The translations under genes and the position numbers were made by a program. 64,000 nucleotides of DNA, taken from Mobula hypostoma (taxonomy: Eukaryota). This document shows, in pieces, positions 24,561 through 38,340 of this stretch; position 1 is the stretch's first letter, and every line of letters starts with the position of its first letter. Location of the stretch: contig NC_086097.1 of NCBI RefSeq assembly GCF_963921235.1, positions 232,316,001 to 232,380,000 of the forward strand, in the 5' to 3' direction. The notes under the pieces are model-generated. The model was not told the DNA's origin, searched no databases, and worked only from the letters and a program-made list of their open reading frames with translations.

Positions 24561-25170
24561 GAAGCCCCTTTATACCTTCTTAAATACTTAGAAATTGATA
24601 TTGTTCCCCTCAACCCCTTGGGTTATTTTGGGTTGAAAGTAGCTGGAGCCCAATAGTCACAGTCTGTGAACAGTTTGTTTGTTTTCACTCTTTGCTTTCT
24701 ACTCAGTAACATTTCTATGTTTTGTCAGAAGATTACCCCTGATTAAATGCATTCGGACCTTGTGGAACTTTCAAAGATCTTCCAACCATACAAGTGCGCC
24801 AGAGTTGCTAGTTCCTATTTAGTTGTAGTATGAAATACCACTTGAAAATGAATGGCAGGGCTACATTATTACCAGGTTCAAAATAGGTCATTGCACAGTG
24901 GACCTGCTGTTTATCTGTGTTACTTATAAAACTGTATAAAATAGTACTTTCTTAGTGTGCAACTACATAGTTGGTGTGATCCTGGATCCTTTGTGTCAAT
25001 GGGATCCAGGAACTAGCTATCTACCGGATGCAAAGTTATTACAGTAAAAGTTACTTAGATAACCATTTCGTCTGTGTTAGCCTACAGGGCAATGGTCAGA
25101 AGAAAGAAGTAGGTTTGAAAAGGAGAGATTTTTACCTGTACACTTGGTGATTTATTTATTTAGAGATGTC

Positions 25171-27774
25171 TGTCTGTCTGTATCTTGTTTTACGGCGGTT
25201 GGCATCCAGCTTAATGGTGCATTACCGCCACCCTCTGCTCCAGAATGTGCACTAGACATACATTCCAAACCCCTTCACCCAATCACTCACACACACACAC
25301 ACACACAAATCTACACTTCACCCTCCCATCTTTGACCATCCTAGTATCCTATTCCTGTTTATTCATCATATTCTATAAAAAACCCCTGTACCCCTTAAAA
25401 ACGCTAAAAAAATACACGGACATGCTCTCTCACCCATGCCCAGCAACCCTTTTAATGTGAATTCCTGCATCCCCAACTCCCTTAATTTATTTCTCATCAT
25501 CTCTCTCTGTCTCCCATACTTCCTGCAACTCAGAACTACATGTTCTACTGACTCCTCTTCCTGACATTCCTCACACAATCCTTTCTGGTGTTTCCCTATC
25601 ATTTTCAATGTTTTGTTTAATGCACAATGCCCCAGCCTTAACCTAGTCCACACAATTTCCTCTCTTCTGTTTCCATTACCTACCCTAGTAACTGCAACAC
25701 TCTTTTGTATTTGATATAAATGCCTCCCTTTCCCCTCCCTGTCCCATTTTTCTTCCCACATTTCGTTGACTTTTTCCCAGATTACACACTTAACCTCTGC
25801 TTTACTGATACTAATGTGCATTTCCACGTTTTCTTTCTTTAACGCCCTCTTTGCCAACTCATCCACCCTCTCATTCCCCTTCACCCCTACATGTGCTGGA
25901 ACCCATAGAAGTTTTACCTGACCTCTCTGATTTGCAATTCTTGTAACTAACTGAAGGACTTCATAAAGTACATCTTGCCGACTGTTTGTGTGAAAAGGTC
26001 TTAAACTTGCTAGAACTGAGGATGAATCTGAACATATCAATGCTTTGGCTTGTCTGGCTTTCTGCACCCATTGCAGCGCAACCAACACTGCCAGCATCTC
26101 CACTGTAAACACCCCTAACTTATTAGATGTTCTTCTGCTGATTCCAATTTCTTTTGCTGGTATTACCACCCCAAACCCTGTCACTCCTGTTTCAGGTTCC
26201 TTCGCACCATCCGTATAAATGTGAGTATAATCACTATACTTTTCCATCACATGACAGTTAAATGCATTTACCAAATCTGTTTTATATCTTTCTTTCCTTT
26301 TTACCTCTAACAAATGCCAGTCTATGTCAGGCCATACAAGCTTCCATGGAGCTACAACCGGATAAACTACTGAAGGACTTATCCTCAGATCAAATACTCC
26401 ACATTCTTTCGCAATATCATTCCCTACCCGACTAAAGGTATCCCTCTGAAACCTCCCATTTTCCCAGCACTCCTGCAACACTCCTTTAGTAGGGTGAGAA
26501 TCATTGTGCCCCTGCAAGTTAGCCCAGTAGTTTGCCATCAGTTGCATCCTTCTTAGTTCCAAAGGCATTATTCCCATTTCTACCTATAGGGCTGACACTG
26601 GTGACGTTTTAAAAGCCCCACTGCACACTCTCAAGGCCTGAGCCTGAATCACATCCAGTTTCCTTATAAGAGACCTAGCTGCTGATCCATATACTATATT
26701 TCCATAATCCAATACAGATCTCACTAAAGCCACATACATTCTCTTCAAAGCTGAACAACTTGCTCCCCATTCCCTACCAGTCAAACACCTCATCACATTT
26801 ATTACTTTTTTACATTTCTCCTCAACTTTCCTGATATGGTCTGCCCATGTTAATCGTGAATCAAATATAACTCCCAGAAATTTAAATGATGCAACCCTTT
26901 CTAATTCAACCCCATACATTCTTAACTTCTTCCCTACCTCAACCCTTTTCCGGTAAAAAAAATACAGTTTGAGTTTTATCTACGAAAATCTACATCCCCA
27001 ATCATAACCCCACTCCATCACTTCATCAATTGCTTCTTGTAGTTTCCTGATTATATGGTCCATGTTCCTGCCTCTTTTCCACAAGGCCCCATCATCCGCA
27101 AACAGTGACCTACCTATATCCACTGGTACCTTTGTGAAGACATCATTGATCATAATGATGAAGAGTAACGGGCTAATCACACTACCTTGAGGTGTGCCAT
27201 TTTCCACATGTATTGTTTTGATAATTCTGATCCAATCCGAACTTGAATTTTTCTACCAAACAAAAAATCTTTAATCCAATTAAAAACTCTCCCACCAACC
27301 CCCATCTTGTGCAGTTTAATTAATAATCCTTCCTTCCACATCATATCATAGGCTTTTTCAATGTCGAAGAACACTGCCACAACTGACTCTCTATTTGCCT
27401 GGGCCTTCCTTATTTCAGTCTCTAACATAATCACTGAGTCCATGGAATTCCTTCCCTTTCTAAAACCACTCTGATAACTTGCCAGCATTCCCCTTTTCTC
27501 AAGCTCATATGATAACCTTTCTGTTATCATCCTTTCCATTATCTTACATATACTTGATGTTAATGCAATTGGTCTGTAGCTAGTGGGTTTTGACAGATCC
27601 TTGCCAGGCTTCCTTATTGGAATTACTACTGCTTCTTTCCATGCACTTGGTAATCTTCCCTCCTCCCACACTCTGTTATAAAAATGCAGCAACTTCAAGA
27701 GCGCTCCTTCTCCTGGATTTTTTAGTATCACAGAGCATATCAGATCTTTCCCTGGGGAGGTTGGTCTCGATCTC
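25171..27774 (-). mobile_element. I/Nimb-group LINE with RNase H, 5'-truncated, young
   Basis: RT (PTSYRPIALTS, FFDIEKAYD, GTPQGSVISP, LFADDG), RNase H (YTDGAK, VEMLAV, ICSDSSS, WVPAHVGVKGNERVDELAK) and CCHC (CEECQEEESVEHVVLSC). (ACAG)n tail. TSD TATTTAGA(G/A)ATGTC at 25157-25170 and 27775-27788. Confidence 0.92.
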
Positions 27775-27949
27775 TATTTAGAAATGTCGTATGGAATGGG
27801 CCCTATTGAACCAGCGAGTCACACTGGCCAGCAGCCCACCTATTTAACCCTAGTCTAATCATAGGGCAATTTATAATGACCAATTAACCTACTTGGCAGT
27901 TAATTTTCCACCTGTGGTTGTTAGTAACTCATGTTAAATCTGTGGCATC

Positions 27950-29650
27950 TGCAAAGCAACAGCCCAGTCCATCACAGGCAAAGCCCTTCCCACCAATCAG
28001 CATGTCTACAATGCGCACTGCCACAGGAAAGCAGCATCCATCATCAAGAACTACCACTGTCTAGGCCAGCGGTCCCCAACCACCGGGCCGCATAGCATGC
28101 GCTACCGGGCCGCAAGGAAACGATATGATTTGGCGATAGGAGTCAGCTGCACCTTTCCTCATTCCCTGTTGCGCCCGCTGTTGAGCTTGAATGTGCGCGA
28201 GGTCATTACGCACACGTCATCCATGTCAGCACGGGAAGGAGATCAGCTCCTCGGGCTTGCAAATGACGATGGGCTGAAAAGCATATTTGACATAACATCT
28301 CTGCCGGCATTCTGGATCAAAGTTAAGGCTAAATATCTTGAGATAGCCACGAAAGCGCTGAAAACGTTGCTTCCATTTCCAACATATCTCTGCAATGAAG
28401 CAACGAAAACTAAATTGCGGAATAGACTGGACATAAGGAACCCCCTTCAAGTATCGCTGTCTCCCATCACCCCTCGATAGGACCGTCTTGTTGCAGGGAA
28501 ACAAGCCCAGGGCTCCCACTGATTCAGCGATATTGGTGTGTTGCAATGATTTTATATGTTCATACGGGGAAAATATGTGCTGTGTGTTTATTATCCAAAC
28601 GTTACTTAAAATGTTATGATGCTATTGACTTATATAACCATATAACAATTACAGCACGGAAACAGGCGATCTCTGTCCTTCTAGTCTGTGCCGAACACTA
28701 CTCTCACCTAGTCCCACTGACCTGCACTCAGCCCATAACCCTCCATTCCTTTCCTGTCGATATACCGATCCAATTTTTCCTTAAATGATAATACCGAACC
28801 TGCATCTACCACTTCTACTGGAAGTTCGTTCAACACTTACTTCAAGCTCCCCTGTCCTCCCCTGATAATTCACTTATCGTTATATTCATGCGAGGAAAAT
28901 ATGCGCTGTGTGTTTAATATTAAATTTGTTAGATAAACCCTTTTAGAAACGAAATTGAGTGTATTAGCTACATATCACCTATATTGCGTTCTTGATTAAC
29001 ACCCACCCCCCTGAACAGAATCGCCAAAAACGATTTGTAGAAAAAAATCGGCACGTACACCTATGCGCAAATCACGCATGCGCACTGGTGCCCGCGCAAG
29101 GCTTCATGTTCATTGTAGTCTTTCTCGGGATAAACCCAACGTATTTGACTGCTACTCTTGCTCATTGGCAACCCTACCCCACCCCCGGTCAGTCGGTCCG
29201 CAAGAATATTGTCAATATGAAACCGGTCTGTAGTGCAAGAAAGGTTGGGGACCCCTGGTCTAGGCCATGCTCTCTTCTGACTGCTGCCATCGGCAAGGAG
29301 GTATAGGAGCCTTAGGTCCCACACCATCAGGTTTAGGAGCAGTTTTACCCTTCAATCATCAGGCTCCTGAACCAGTGTGGATAACTTCACTCACCTCAAC
29401 ACTGAACTGATTCCACAACCTGCGGACTCAGTTTCAAGGACTCTACAACTCACGTTCTCAGTTTTATTTGTTTGTTTGTTTATAAGATTTTCTTCTTGAG
29501 CACATTGGTTGTCAGACTTTGTGTGTACTTTTTTATTGTTTCTATTGTATTTCTTTGTTCTGCTGTGAATATCTGCAAAAAATGATTCTCAGGGTAGTAT
29601 ATCGTGACAGATACCTACTTTGATAATAAATTTACTTTGCACTTTGAAGA
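27950..29650 (+). mobile_element. Rex1/Babar 3' end, host of the Charlie-like hAT
   Basis: agcatccatcatcaag...ggccatgctctctt continues across the hAT; ends tactttgataataaatttactttg. Confidence 0.7.
28067..29257 (+). mobile_element. hAT Charlie/Buster-type non-autonomous element
   Basis: TIRs CAGCGGTCCCCAACC / GGTTGGGGACCCCTG. Perfect 8-bp TSD GTCTAGGC (28059-28066, 29258-29265). Transposase C-terminal remnant SLPAFWIKVKAKY.EIATKALKTLLPFPTYLC..TKTKLRNRLD. Confidence 0.92.
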
Positions 29651-29768
29651 CCAAAGTAAATTTTATTATCAGAGTGCATAAATATCACCACAACAATCCT
29701 GAGACACACTTTCTGTGGGCCTACTTAACAAATCTATAGAACAGTAACTGTAAACAGGATCTGTAAAC

Positions 29769-29862
29769 CTGGTGAAGGGTCTCGGCCGGAAACGTCAACT
29801 GTACTCTTTTCCATTGATGCTGCCTGACCTGCTGAGTTCTTCTAGCATTTTGTGTGTGTTGC
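29769..29862 (+). mobile_element. 94-bp PLE-derived hammerhead module
   Basis: Begins at CTGGTGA-AGGGTCTCGGCCG-GAAACGTC. TSD TCTGTAAAC at 29760-29768 and 29863-29871. Confidence 0.8.
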
Positions 29863-30734
29863 TCTGTAAACATCAGGAACTGTAATCTGTAAATAAGTTG
29901 TGCAAATGCAGATAATAAATAATAGCAATGAATAGCAAGCATAAAATTATAAGATAAATGCATTCTTGAATGAGTGTAGTTATCCCTTTTTGTTCAAGAG
30001 CCTGATAGTTGACCATTCTTGAACCTGGTAGTGAGAGTCCTGAGGTACTCATATTTAATTTGACTTTAATCTAGATATTTTTGTAGATGCTAGCGTATGA
30101 GGATCTGAGTGAAATTTGAGAATCAGTTAAATTGAAGAGCTCATTTTGGTTTGCAGAGTTACTTATTTGGAATCATGATATTGCAATATGAAAAGGAAAC
30201 AGTTTCATGTGTTTAAATGACTGTGAGATGTGATATACATTATCAAAATCAGAACATTCAGTCCAAAATCTAAAGACCAATGTTGAAATGTAACAAAATA
30301 ATATGTGAATAAATCAAACTCAGTTGATCCTTTAGAGATTATTTTTGCATTATTTGTTGCAGGGGGGTTTGCTGGCTACATTCAAGACCTGAGAAGCAAT
30401 TTTTTTTTGCAAGTGGGTGTTGGTTTCAATTGAGAGTTTTAACAGGTTTGCGCTCTTAACTTAGGGATTTCAAATTGACTTCACTGTAGGTGGATTACTA
30501 ATTTATATAAAATTTATTCCAAATTATTTTTTCACAAGTGTTGTGTGATATTTAAAACAAAACTTGTTAGGAGTCAGTTAAAAAGGTCAGAAATAAGTAC
30601 CAAATTTCCAATTCATCAGGATTCTAATTAAAACAGGACAATGGAAAATTACAATTGCTGCCACAGACCACCAGATTTTCGGGCTTTTAGAAACTACGTG
30701 GAAAACAAGTGTTCAAATTCTCTTGAACAGCTTT

Positions 30735-31158
30735 TTTGATGGCTCTTGGCCTGTATTCACTGGAATTCAGAAGAATGAGGGGTGACCTCATTGAAGCTAT
30801 CGAATAGTGAAAGGCCTCCATTGAGTGGATGTGGCGAGGATGTTTCCTATGGTGGGAGTGTCGAGGACTAGAGAACACAGCCTCAGGATAGAGGGGTGTT
30901 CTTTTAGAATGGAGATGGAGGAATTTCTTTAGCCAAGGAATGGTGAATCTGTGGAATTCGTTGCCACAGGCAGCTGTGGAGGCCAACTTATTTTCATATT
31001 TAAGGCAGAGATTGATAGATTCTTGATTATTCAGGGCTTGAAGGGATACAGGGGGAAGGCAGGAGATTGGGGCTTGGAGGGAAAATAGTTCAGCCATGAG
31101 GAAGTGTTGGAGCAGACTTAATGGGCCGAGTGGCCTAATTCTGGTCCAGTGTCTTATG
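30735..31158 (+). mobile_element. CR1 3' fragment
   Basis: ggcctgtattcactggaattcagaagaatgaggggtgacctcattgaa...gtgaatctgtggaattc, followed by CR1 3' UTR. Confidence 0.85.
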
Positions 31159-31553
31159 AAAAGGTGCTGGATTTTAACAGAAAAGAGGTTTTTCATTGTT
31201 AGGTATTTGATCATGTATACTGACTGTGGATACAAATAAACTGGGTTGGCTGAAATTTTTCAGATTAACATCGTCATAACTTTTAGAATCAACTCCTGAA
31301 GCAGTAGGAGGGAAATGATTTTCATCCAACATTTACCCAAGTGACTTATGGGGCTACTATGAAGATTTTAGATGTGTGTTTTATTGTGAAGGTTTTACTT
31401 TAACATGTATTGACCAGGTCCTGACAGTTTCTTACAATCTACTGAAATTTTAATCCTCTAGCCCCAAATGCAATGGCTGACCTCAGTGAAGATTCCGGCT
31501 TTTAATAAAGAATATAATCCGAAGAACTATTGTTTAATCTGTTTTATCATAAA

Positions 31554-31873
31554 GTGTTGGCGCGTGGCCAAGTGGTTAAGGCATTCATCTAGTGATTCGA
31601 AGGTCACTAGTTCGAACCTTGGCTGAGGCAGCATGTGTACAAAAAATACACAAAAACCACAAAAAAAAATTGTTCTGCGACGACACTGGTGCCAAGCTGT
31701 ATGGGTCCTAATGCCCTTCCCTTGGACAACATCGGTGGCGTGGAGAGGGGAGACTTGCAGCATGAGCAACTGCTGGTCTTCCATACAACCTTGCCCAGGG
31801 AGGCCTGAGCCATGGAAACCTTCCAAGGCGCAAATCCATGATCTCACGAGACTAACGGATGCCTATAAAAAAA
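31554..31873 (+). mobile_element. tRNA-derived SINE
   Basis: A box TGGCCAAGTGG and B box GTTCGAACC in the head; A-rich tail. TSD ATCATAAA at 31546-31553 and 31874-31881. A 3' fragment of the same family lies at ~37190-37263. Confidence 0.85.
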
Positions 31874-33702
31874 ATCATAAAACTGTTTAAAATATTGTTA
31901 AGCCCTGTACTAACTTAGAATTTTTGAAAGAAAATTTACCATAAACTCCATCTTATTTTTGTCTAAAATTTATGGGGCCATTCTGATACTAAGTGGTTTT
32001 ACAGAGGGATCTGAGAGGGGCTGTGGGATGCTGGTATACAAGGTAGTTTGTGAGTAAACTATTAAGCTCAAGGATATCTCATCTAAATAACTTAATACAG
32101 CATACATAAATGAAGAATTAACAATAATCTTAATTAAAAAAAACTAGGTGTTGTTCTTCAGGAGGCAATAACTGAATGACATGCGAGGTGGTAGGGGGGC
32201 AAGGACTGAGTGGAGTGCCAGACTTTTTCCCCGGGTGGAAATAGCTAAATTGATAGGGCATAATTTTGAAGTGATTGGAGAAAAGTACAGGGAGGATGTT
32301 AGCGGTAAGGTTTTTTTACACCAAGAGTGGGGTGGGTGTGTGTGTGTGTGTATGTGTATGTATGGAGCATGCTGCCAAGGGTTGTAGAAATGTCAGATAC
32401 ATTAGGGACATTTGAGAGACTCTTCGGCACGTGGATGAGAGGAAAACAGGAATATGTAGGAGGGAAGGGTTAGGCTGATGTTAGAGTAGTTTAAAGGGTC
32501 TGCATAACTGCCTGGGCGAAAGGGACTGTGCTGTGCTGTAATGTTCTATGTGTGTTCTAAGATGGGTGACAAAGTCTTATTTAAAACCTCATGATTGAAG
32601 ATTTTTTTTTACAACATATGAACCTTCAACCATTGGAATCATTTCTTCAAAGACTATAGTACATAATATTGCTGCAGTGTGTCTTAATCTTCACCTAATA
32701 TGATTTTGAAAGGAAGAATTGTTTCAGTGGAAAGACTCGATGGAAATCTAATTGTTATTTGAATCCCGAGAATGTTGCCATGGGCCTGGAAAATTAAGTG
32801 GATTTTCTAAGAAATAGCAAGCTTCCCAAAACTTGTATATTGATGGAATTTTTCTTTTGTAACCTTTTGTTTTAAAATTAAAACTAAATCTTTATGATGG
32901 CCATTGGGGGGTGCTGTGCAGTCATTGACAGCATTATGCGTATAGGAATAGAGCAAAACCAATTTATTAACAAGCAAGCTCCTAACTAGATAATTTGTTT
33001 TAGTGAAAGATATTAGTGAGGTTTCTGAGAATAAGTCCTGTCCTCATTAATTGTGCAATAGGACCACAAGAACAGACAGGGTCTCATTTTAAAGTCTGTA
33101 AAATGCCAGACCTGTGAAGGAGCAGAGCTGGTTTGGTACAGCACTGGAGTTTAAATTTAGCTTTTTTGTATGACCTGTTGTGGGGGACTTAAATTCCCTT
33201 CTGAGCCACAATTGAAGCTGAAGAGTAGAATCTATATATTTATTTAAAAAAGAAATAAGGAGTGTATTACTGGACTGTCATATTGAATAATTTGTATGAA
33301 AAAACATCACAATAACTAACTAGAATTTATTGACCCCAAGCAGCATTACAGCAGTGATTAATGATTTAGGAACTCTTATTTTAGAGGTTCATAGTTTGTA
33401 TCTAGATGTGAGGTGGCTGTTTTTAAAAATATGTGCATGGTATTAAAAATAATTTATGGTTTATAGCCTTAGTAGCCTTGCACATAACATTTTGTTGCAG
33501 ATCATTCCATTGAACCCTAACGGGGTCTGACAGTACTTATTGTCCATTGGCATCTCTTTACAGCTGCTAAAATGGGGGAAAAAAAGGTAAAAATTGATTT
33601 GTTCTTGTCATGTATACCCAGATGCAATGAGAAATTGTTGTGCATACCATTCATACAGATCATTTCATTAGGTCAGGTCAGGACAGCTCATTCTTTTGTC
33701 TA

Positions 33703-33848
33703 ATCACAAACAAGAGAAAATCTGCAGATGCTGGAAATCCAAGCCACGCACACAAAATGCTGGAGGAACTCGGCAGGCCAGGCAGCATCTACAGAAAAGA
33801 GTACAGTCTATGTTTTGGGCTGAGACCCTTCAGCAGGACTCTTGTCTG
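33703..33848 (-). mobile_element. Short PLE-derived module (degenerate hammerhead plus tail)
   Basis: Minus strand AGTC-CTGCTGA-AGGGTCTCAGCCC-AAAAC. TSD TCTTTTGTCTA at 33692-33702 and 33849-33859. Confidence 0.75.
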
Positions 33849-34644
33849 TCTTTTGTCTATGCTTGTTTGCTCTGATTCCATTACTTTTCTCAGCCAGTGC
33901 AAGTCCTATGCGCAGAAAAGAACTGAACTCTAAACCATGTCCTCTTATCTAGCATGGGCTTAAGGGGTGAATAGTGTAGGTTGGTAATTTTTGCAATTTT
34001 GCAATTTGTAATTGGCTATGGGAATTTTGAATGGTGGATGTGGAGAAATGCAATTAACTTCTTGTCATAGTCTGCATTGCCCTTATTTTAGGTGTGCCAC
34101 ACTGAAATGTATACAGTCCTGCCCTGTGTAATTTGCATGGTCAATGGCTATTTTCAAACCTGCTATTCAACATTGTTTTATTTCCTTCCATCATGCTAAT
34201 GTTTATTTTGAAATAGTTTCTTTATAGAGCATAGTGGAACCTTTGCAAGTATACCAGAAGGGATTATTTTTTAAAGTGAGACAGAAATCACTTAGTCTTG
34301 TCTTGATCCAATGCAGATGCAGAGGGGAGAAGAGAGAATGTCTGGGGTGGGTAGGGTCTTTGATTATCCTATCTGTGTCCACAATTTGCTGCAATTTCTT
34401 GTGGTCACGTGCAGAGCAGTTGTCAGACCAAACAGTTGTGCATTCAGATAGGATGCCTTTTGTAATGTTTCAATATAAATTGGTAAGGGTCGACAGGGAC
34501 ATGCCAGATTATTTGTTTCCTTCTCATGTTGCCCAGCCATTTTCAATGTAGTATATATATATATGACCCAAGATCTCTCCATTGTACTCCTTTTGGAATC
34601 CAGTATCCAGTTGTGAGTTTGGGACAGCAGTGTGCTGATTGGTT

Positions 34645-34890
34645 AGGGTGCCATGGTAGTGTTGCGGCTAGTGCAATGCTATTGCAGATCGTGGCGTCGG
34701 ACTTCAAGTTCAACTCCAGCACTGTCTGCGAGGAGTTTGTACATTTTTCCCATGACCACATTGGTTTTCTCCAGCTTCCTCCCGCAGTAAATTGTCCCGT
34801 GATTAGGCTAGGGTCAAATAGGTGGGTTGCTGGGCAGCTCAGCTCGTTGGGCCAGAAGGGCCTGTTCTGCACTGAATCTCCAAATAAATA
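34645..34890 (+). mobile_element. V-SINE/HE1-like SINE
   Basis: tRNA-like head remnant, then gtctgcgaggagtttgtacatt..ggttttctcc (V domain) and tail tctccaaataaataa. Confidence 0.6.
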
Positions 34891-35696
34891 ATGGCTACGT
34901 CAAGTTATCAATCAATTTGTATGATTAAATACATGGGAAAAATTTCAAGTTGCAAGTCTGATTTTTAAAAAATGGATGACAATTAAGGATATCAGCACAT
35001 TTTTGGGTTATTACAAAGTTTTCTTTCTTAAAGTCTGAAGCATTTATTATCAAGTTCAAATGCTGTTTATGGTTTTAATACTTTGCCTATTTACAAAGTA
35101 TTTAACAGATGATCATGAATATTCTTGCAGGTTCTGATTCTTTATCTCATTATTTTACCAATAAATTACAGAAGTAAATATTAAAATTAGATGGCCAATG
35201 GGTGAATGAAAATTAAGTACATTTAGGAATATTTCCACAATGACAACCACCCATGCAGGAATGGTTCCTGACTTAAACGCTAAATATACTTAACAATATT
35301 CCCTGCTCTATTTAGGTTTCCAATTTGAATGTCAAACTCGATGCAGCCTTTTATTCTAACTTGGTTCATTGAATTAGTCTCCTTTGCCTCCAACATTGAA
35401 GTATAATTTTTATTTCTTAGGAGCTGGATCTGGGTGGAATGTTCAGAACGTTATCCGAACAGTATTGGTTGTAGTTGGGTGTTACCATCTCTCATTTGTA
35501 TTCTACAATTTGCCTACGTTCTTCAATTGGTCTTTGATTGCTTTGCCATGGTTGGACATGTTTAGATTTGAGAACACTTTTCAACTTTATCTCTTGCTGA
35601 TTCATATTTGTGCTTAACTAAGTCATTAGTTAATTTTGGGGAACTTTGGTGATGGACGATTGTTCAAATGTCTCAGTGCCTATCAGGAGAAAATAG

Positions 35697-36562
35697 CTCA
35701 CTGCTGTACTCTGTCTACACCCATAACTGTGTGGCTAGGCACAGCTCAAATGCCATCTATAAATTTGCCAATGACACAACTATTGTTGGCAAAACTTTAG
35801 ATGGTGACAAGGAGGCGTACAGGAGTGAGATCGATCCGCTGGTTGCCTGGTGTTGCAGCAATCACCTTGCACTCAACATCAGTAAGACGAAGGACTTTAG
35901 TAAGATTGGGGACTTCAGGAAGGATCAATCAAGGGAACACACACCAGTCCTCACAGAGGGATCAGAAGTGGAAAGGATGAGCAGTTTCAAGTTCCTGGGT
36001 GTCAACATCTCTGAGGATCTATCCTGTGCGCAAAATATTGATGCAGTTACAAAGAAGGCAGGATGGTGGCTATATTTCATTAGGAGTTTGAAGAGAATTT
36101 GTATGTCACCCAAGACACCCACAAATTTCTATGTGGTGAGCATTCTAACTGGTTGCACCAACACCAGGGGGACTGCACAGGATCAGAAAAAGTTGCAGGA
36201 AATTGGAAACTCAGCCAGCTCCATCATTGGCACTAGCCTCCCCAGCATCGAAGACATCTTCAAAAGGCGGCATCCATCATTAAGGACTCTATCACCCAGG
36301 ACATGCCCTCTTCTCATTGCCACCTTCAAGGAAGAGGTACAGGAGTGTGAAGACACGCACTCAAAGTTTCAGGAGCAGCTTTCCCACTGCCATCAGATTT
36401 CTGAATGGACAATGAACCGATTCAGTCTTTTTTCTCTCTTTTTGCATAACATTTAATTTATTTTTTTATATATGCTAGTTTTTATTACTGTGTATTGATT
36501 GTACTGCTGCTGCAAAACAACATGTTTCACGACATATGCCAGAGATATTAAATCTGATTTGA
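35697..36562 (+). mobile_element. Rex1/Babar 3' fragment
   Basis: LLYSVYTHNC..KFANDTTIVG..AYRSEI..SFKFLGVNISEDL in ORF 35668..36456; Rex1 3' tail. Confidence 0.85.
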
Positions 36563-38199
36563 AAATAAGCAATATAGCATGCTGTCCACCATCCATCATC
36601 TATCGGGTACCTGTTGCATGAGAATTGCACAGAAAATAGTTGTACTCCACATACTTGCATTCTGAGCACAAATTTATAACAGGATTACCCAACAATGTCA
36701 GCCTGTTAACATTTTAAATTAACAGTAAAATTCTATATTGTTAATGTCAAACACAGGCAACTCCACATTATTTCTACTTGGGTTACAGAAATTTACTCTT
36801 CCAGTGAATTAAAAATAAATGCAAAAGAAACAACAGATTTAGTCAGTTTTTATTTTCATTCAATAATGTTGGGGCAATAAGATTTGAATGTGATGTCACC
36901 CCATTGATCGGTTTGTCATTCACAGCTGAGTCCTTCCTTTCCTATACTTTCCTCAGTCCAAGGACAAGACATGTGTGAACAGATATCTTGGACTGCTGTG
37001 CTCTTCATCTATGAGTCATTTTCTCTGATGCGCTGCATTGTGGGGTGCCATAGAGTCAGAATCGGGTTTATTATCTCTGACATGTGCCACGATATTTGTT
37101 GTTTTGCAACATAATCCCCTTGAATTCTTTCTATGCCTTCTATATATTACTTAGTATAAGTGATAGTACATTATGTATTGCACTATACAACTTTGCCCAG
37201 GCCAGTGCCCTGGAAACCTTCCAAGGTGCAAATCCATGGTTTCATGAGACTAATAGATGCCTAAAAATACTGCTGCCACAAAACAACTTTCACAACATAT
37301 TTTAGTGATAATAAGCCTGATTCTGAATCTCTTGAGGTGATGTCTGATCATAGCCCATGTGAAACATGGTTTCAAAGGTGAAACCCATGTCTGGGTAATA
37401 GAAACGGAGCACAAATTAGCTTTCCACACAAAATGCTGGAGCATTGCTCCCCTCTCTCAGCATGACTAGATTTGTAATGTTACTAAAACAACCTTGGCTT
37501 TGTTGTTGCTGTAACCTGGCAGCCAAACTGCCCAGACTGTTGTCAGTCATGCCAAATAGTGCAGTTAAAAGTGTACCTAGATGCACAGCTACTTAAGGTC
37601 ATCCTGTACAGCTATCTCTACTGAAATCAGTATGTTTTTACCTGCCAGGTCACAGCCACTGGTAGCAGGATTATACTGCCTATTTCTGTTACATCAGGCA
37701 TAGAAGTACAGACATAGCCTACCAAGCTGACTAATGTTTGTGTGCAATGCCTTGTGATTCATTTTATAAATATTTATTAAATTTTGTGGTGGATTGTAGC
37801 TAAAATAAGGTGATATCACCATAATCATAGTAAAATGGATTTTGGTGAACAGGGTACTAAGTGTGTATTGATAGCACTGTCAGGTGAGCTCCTTACCAAA
37901 ATGAGCAGCCCAGATTATATTCTTCTCAATTCCTAGCTTTGTGTTGGTGAGGTTGTGCCTTAATGGCTTAGGCATGTTCTGCCCTTTAACATTGATTTGC
38001 AGCTGTTGAAATGAATAGGCTACAGACAAAGTAGAGCTGGGAGAGGTAGGTACAATATATTAGCATGGATGTGACAGGGTGAGGGGTTTCTTTCTGATGT
38101 TTATTACAAGGAAATGTGAAGCCAGTTTAAACCAGTATACACAGATACGTACAGACACACACACACATGCATACACATATCCATACACATACATGCACA

Positions 38200-38340
38200 G
38201 ACACAAAATATTGGAGGAACTCAGCAAGTCAGGCAGCATCTATGAAGGGGAGTAAAAGGTCGATGTTTCGGGCAGAGATGCTTCATCAGGTAGCATTTTG
38301 TTTGTGTTACTCAAGATTTGCAGTATCTACAGAATCTATT
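38200..38340 (-). mobile_element. Short PLE-derived module with hammerhead motif and inverted tail
   Basis: Minus strand C-CTGATGA-AGCATCTCTGCCC-GAAAC-ATC-GACC; a plus-oriented PLE tail follows from ~38292. Confidence 0.65.

Noticed and set aside
31558..31630. tRNA gene
   Set aside because: A and B boxes are present, but there is no good acceptor stem and it is followed by a SINE body, A-tail and TSD.
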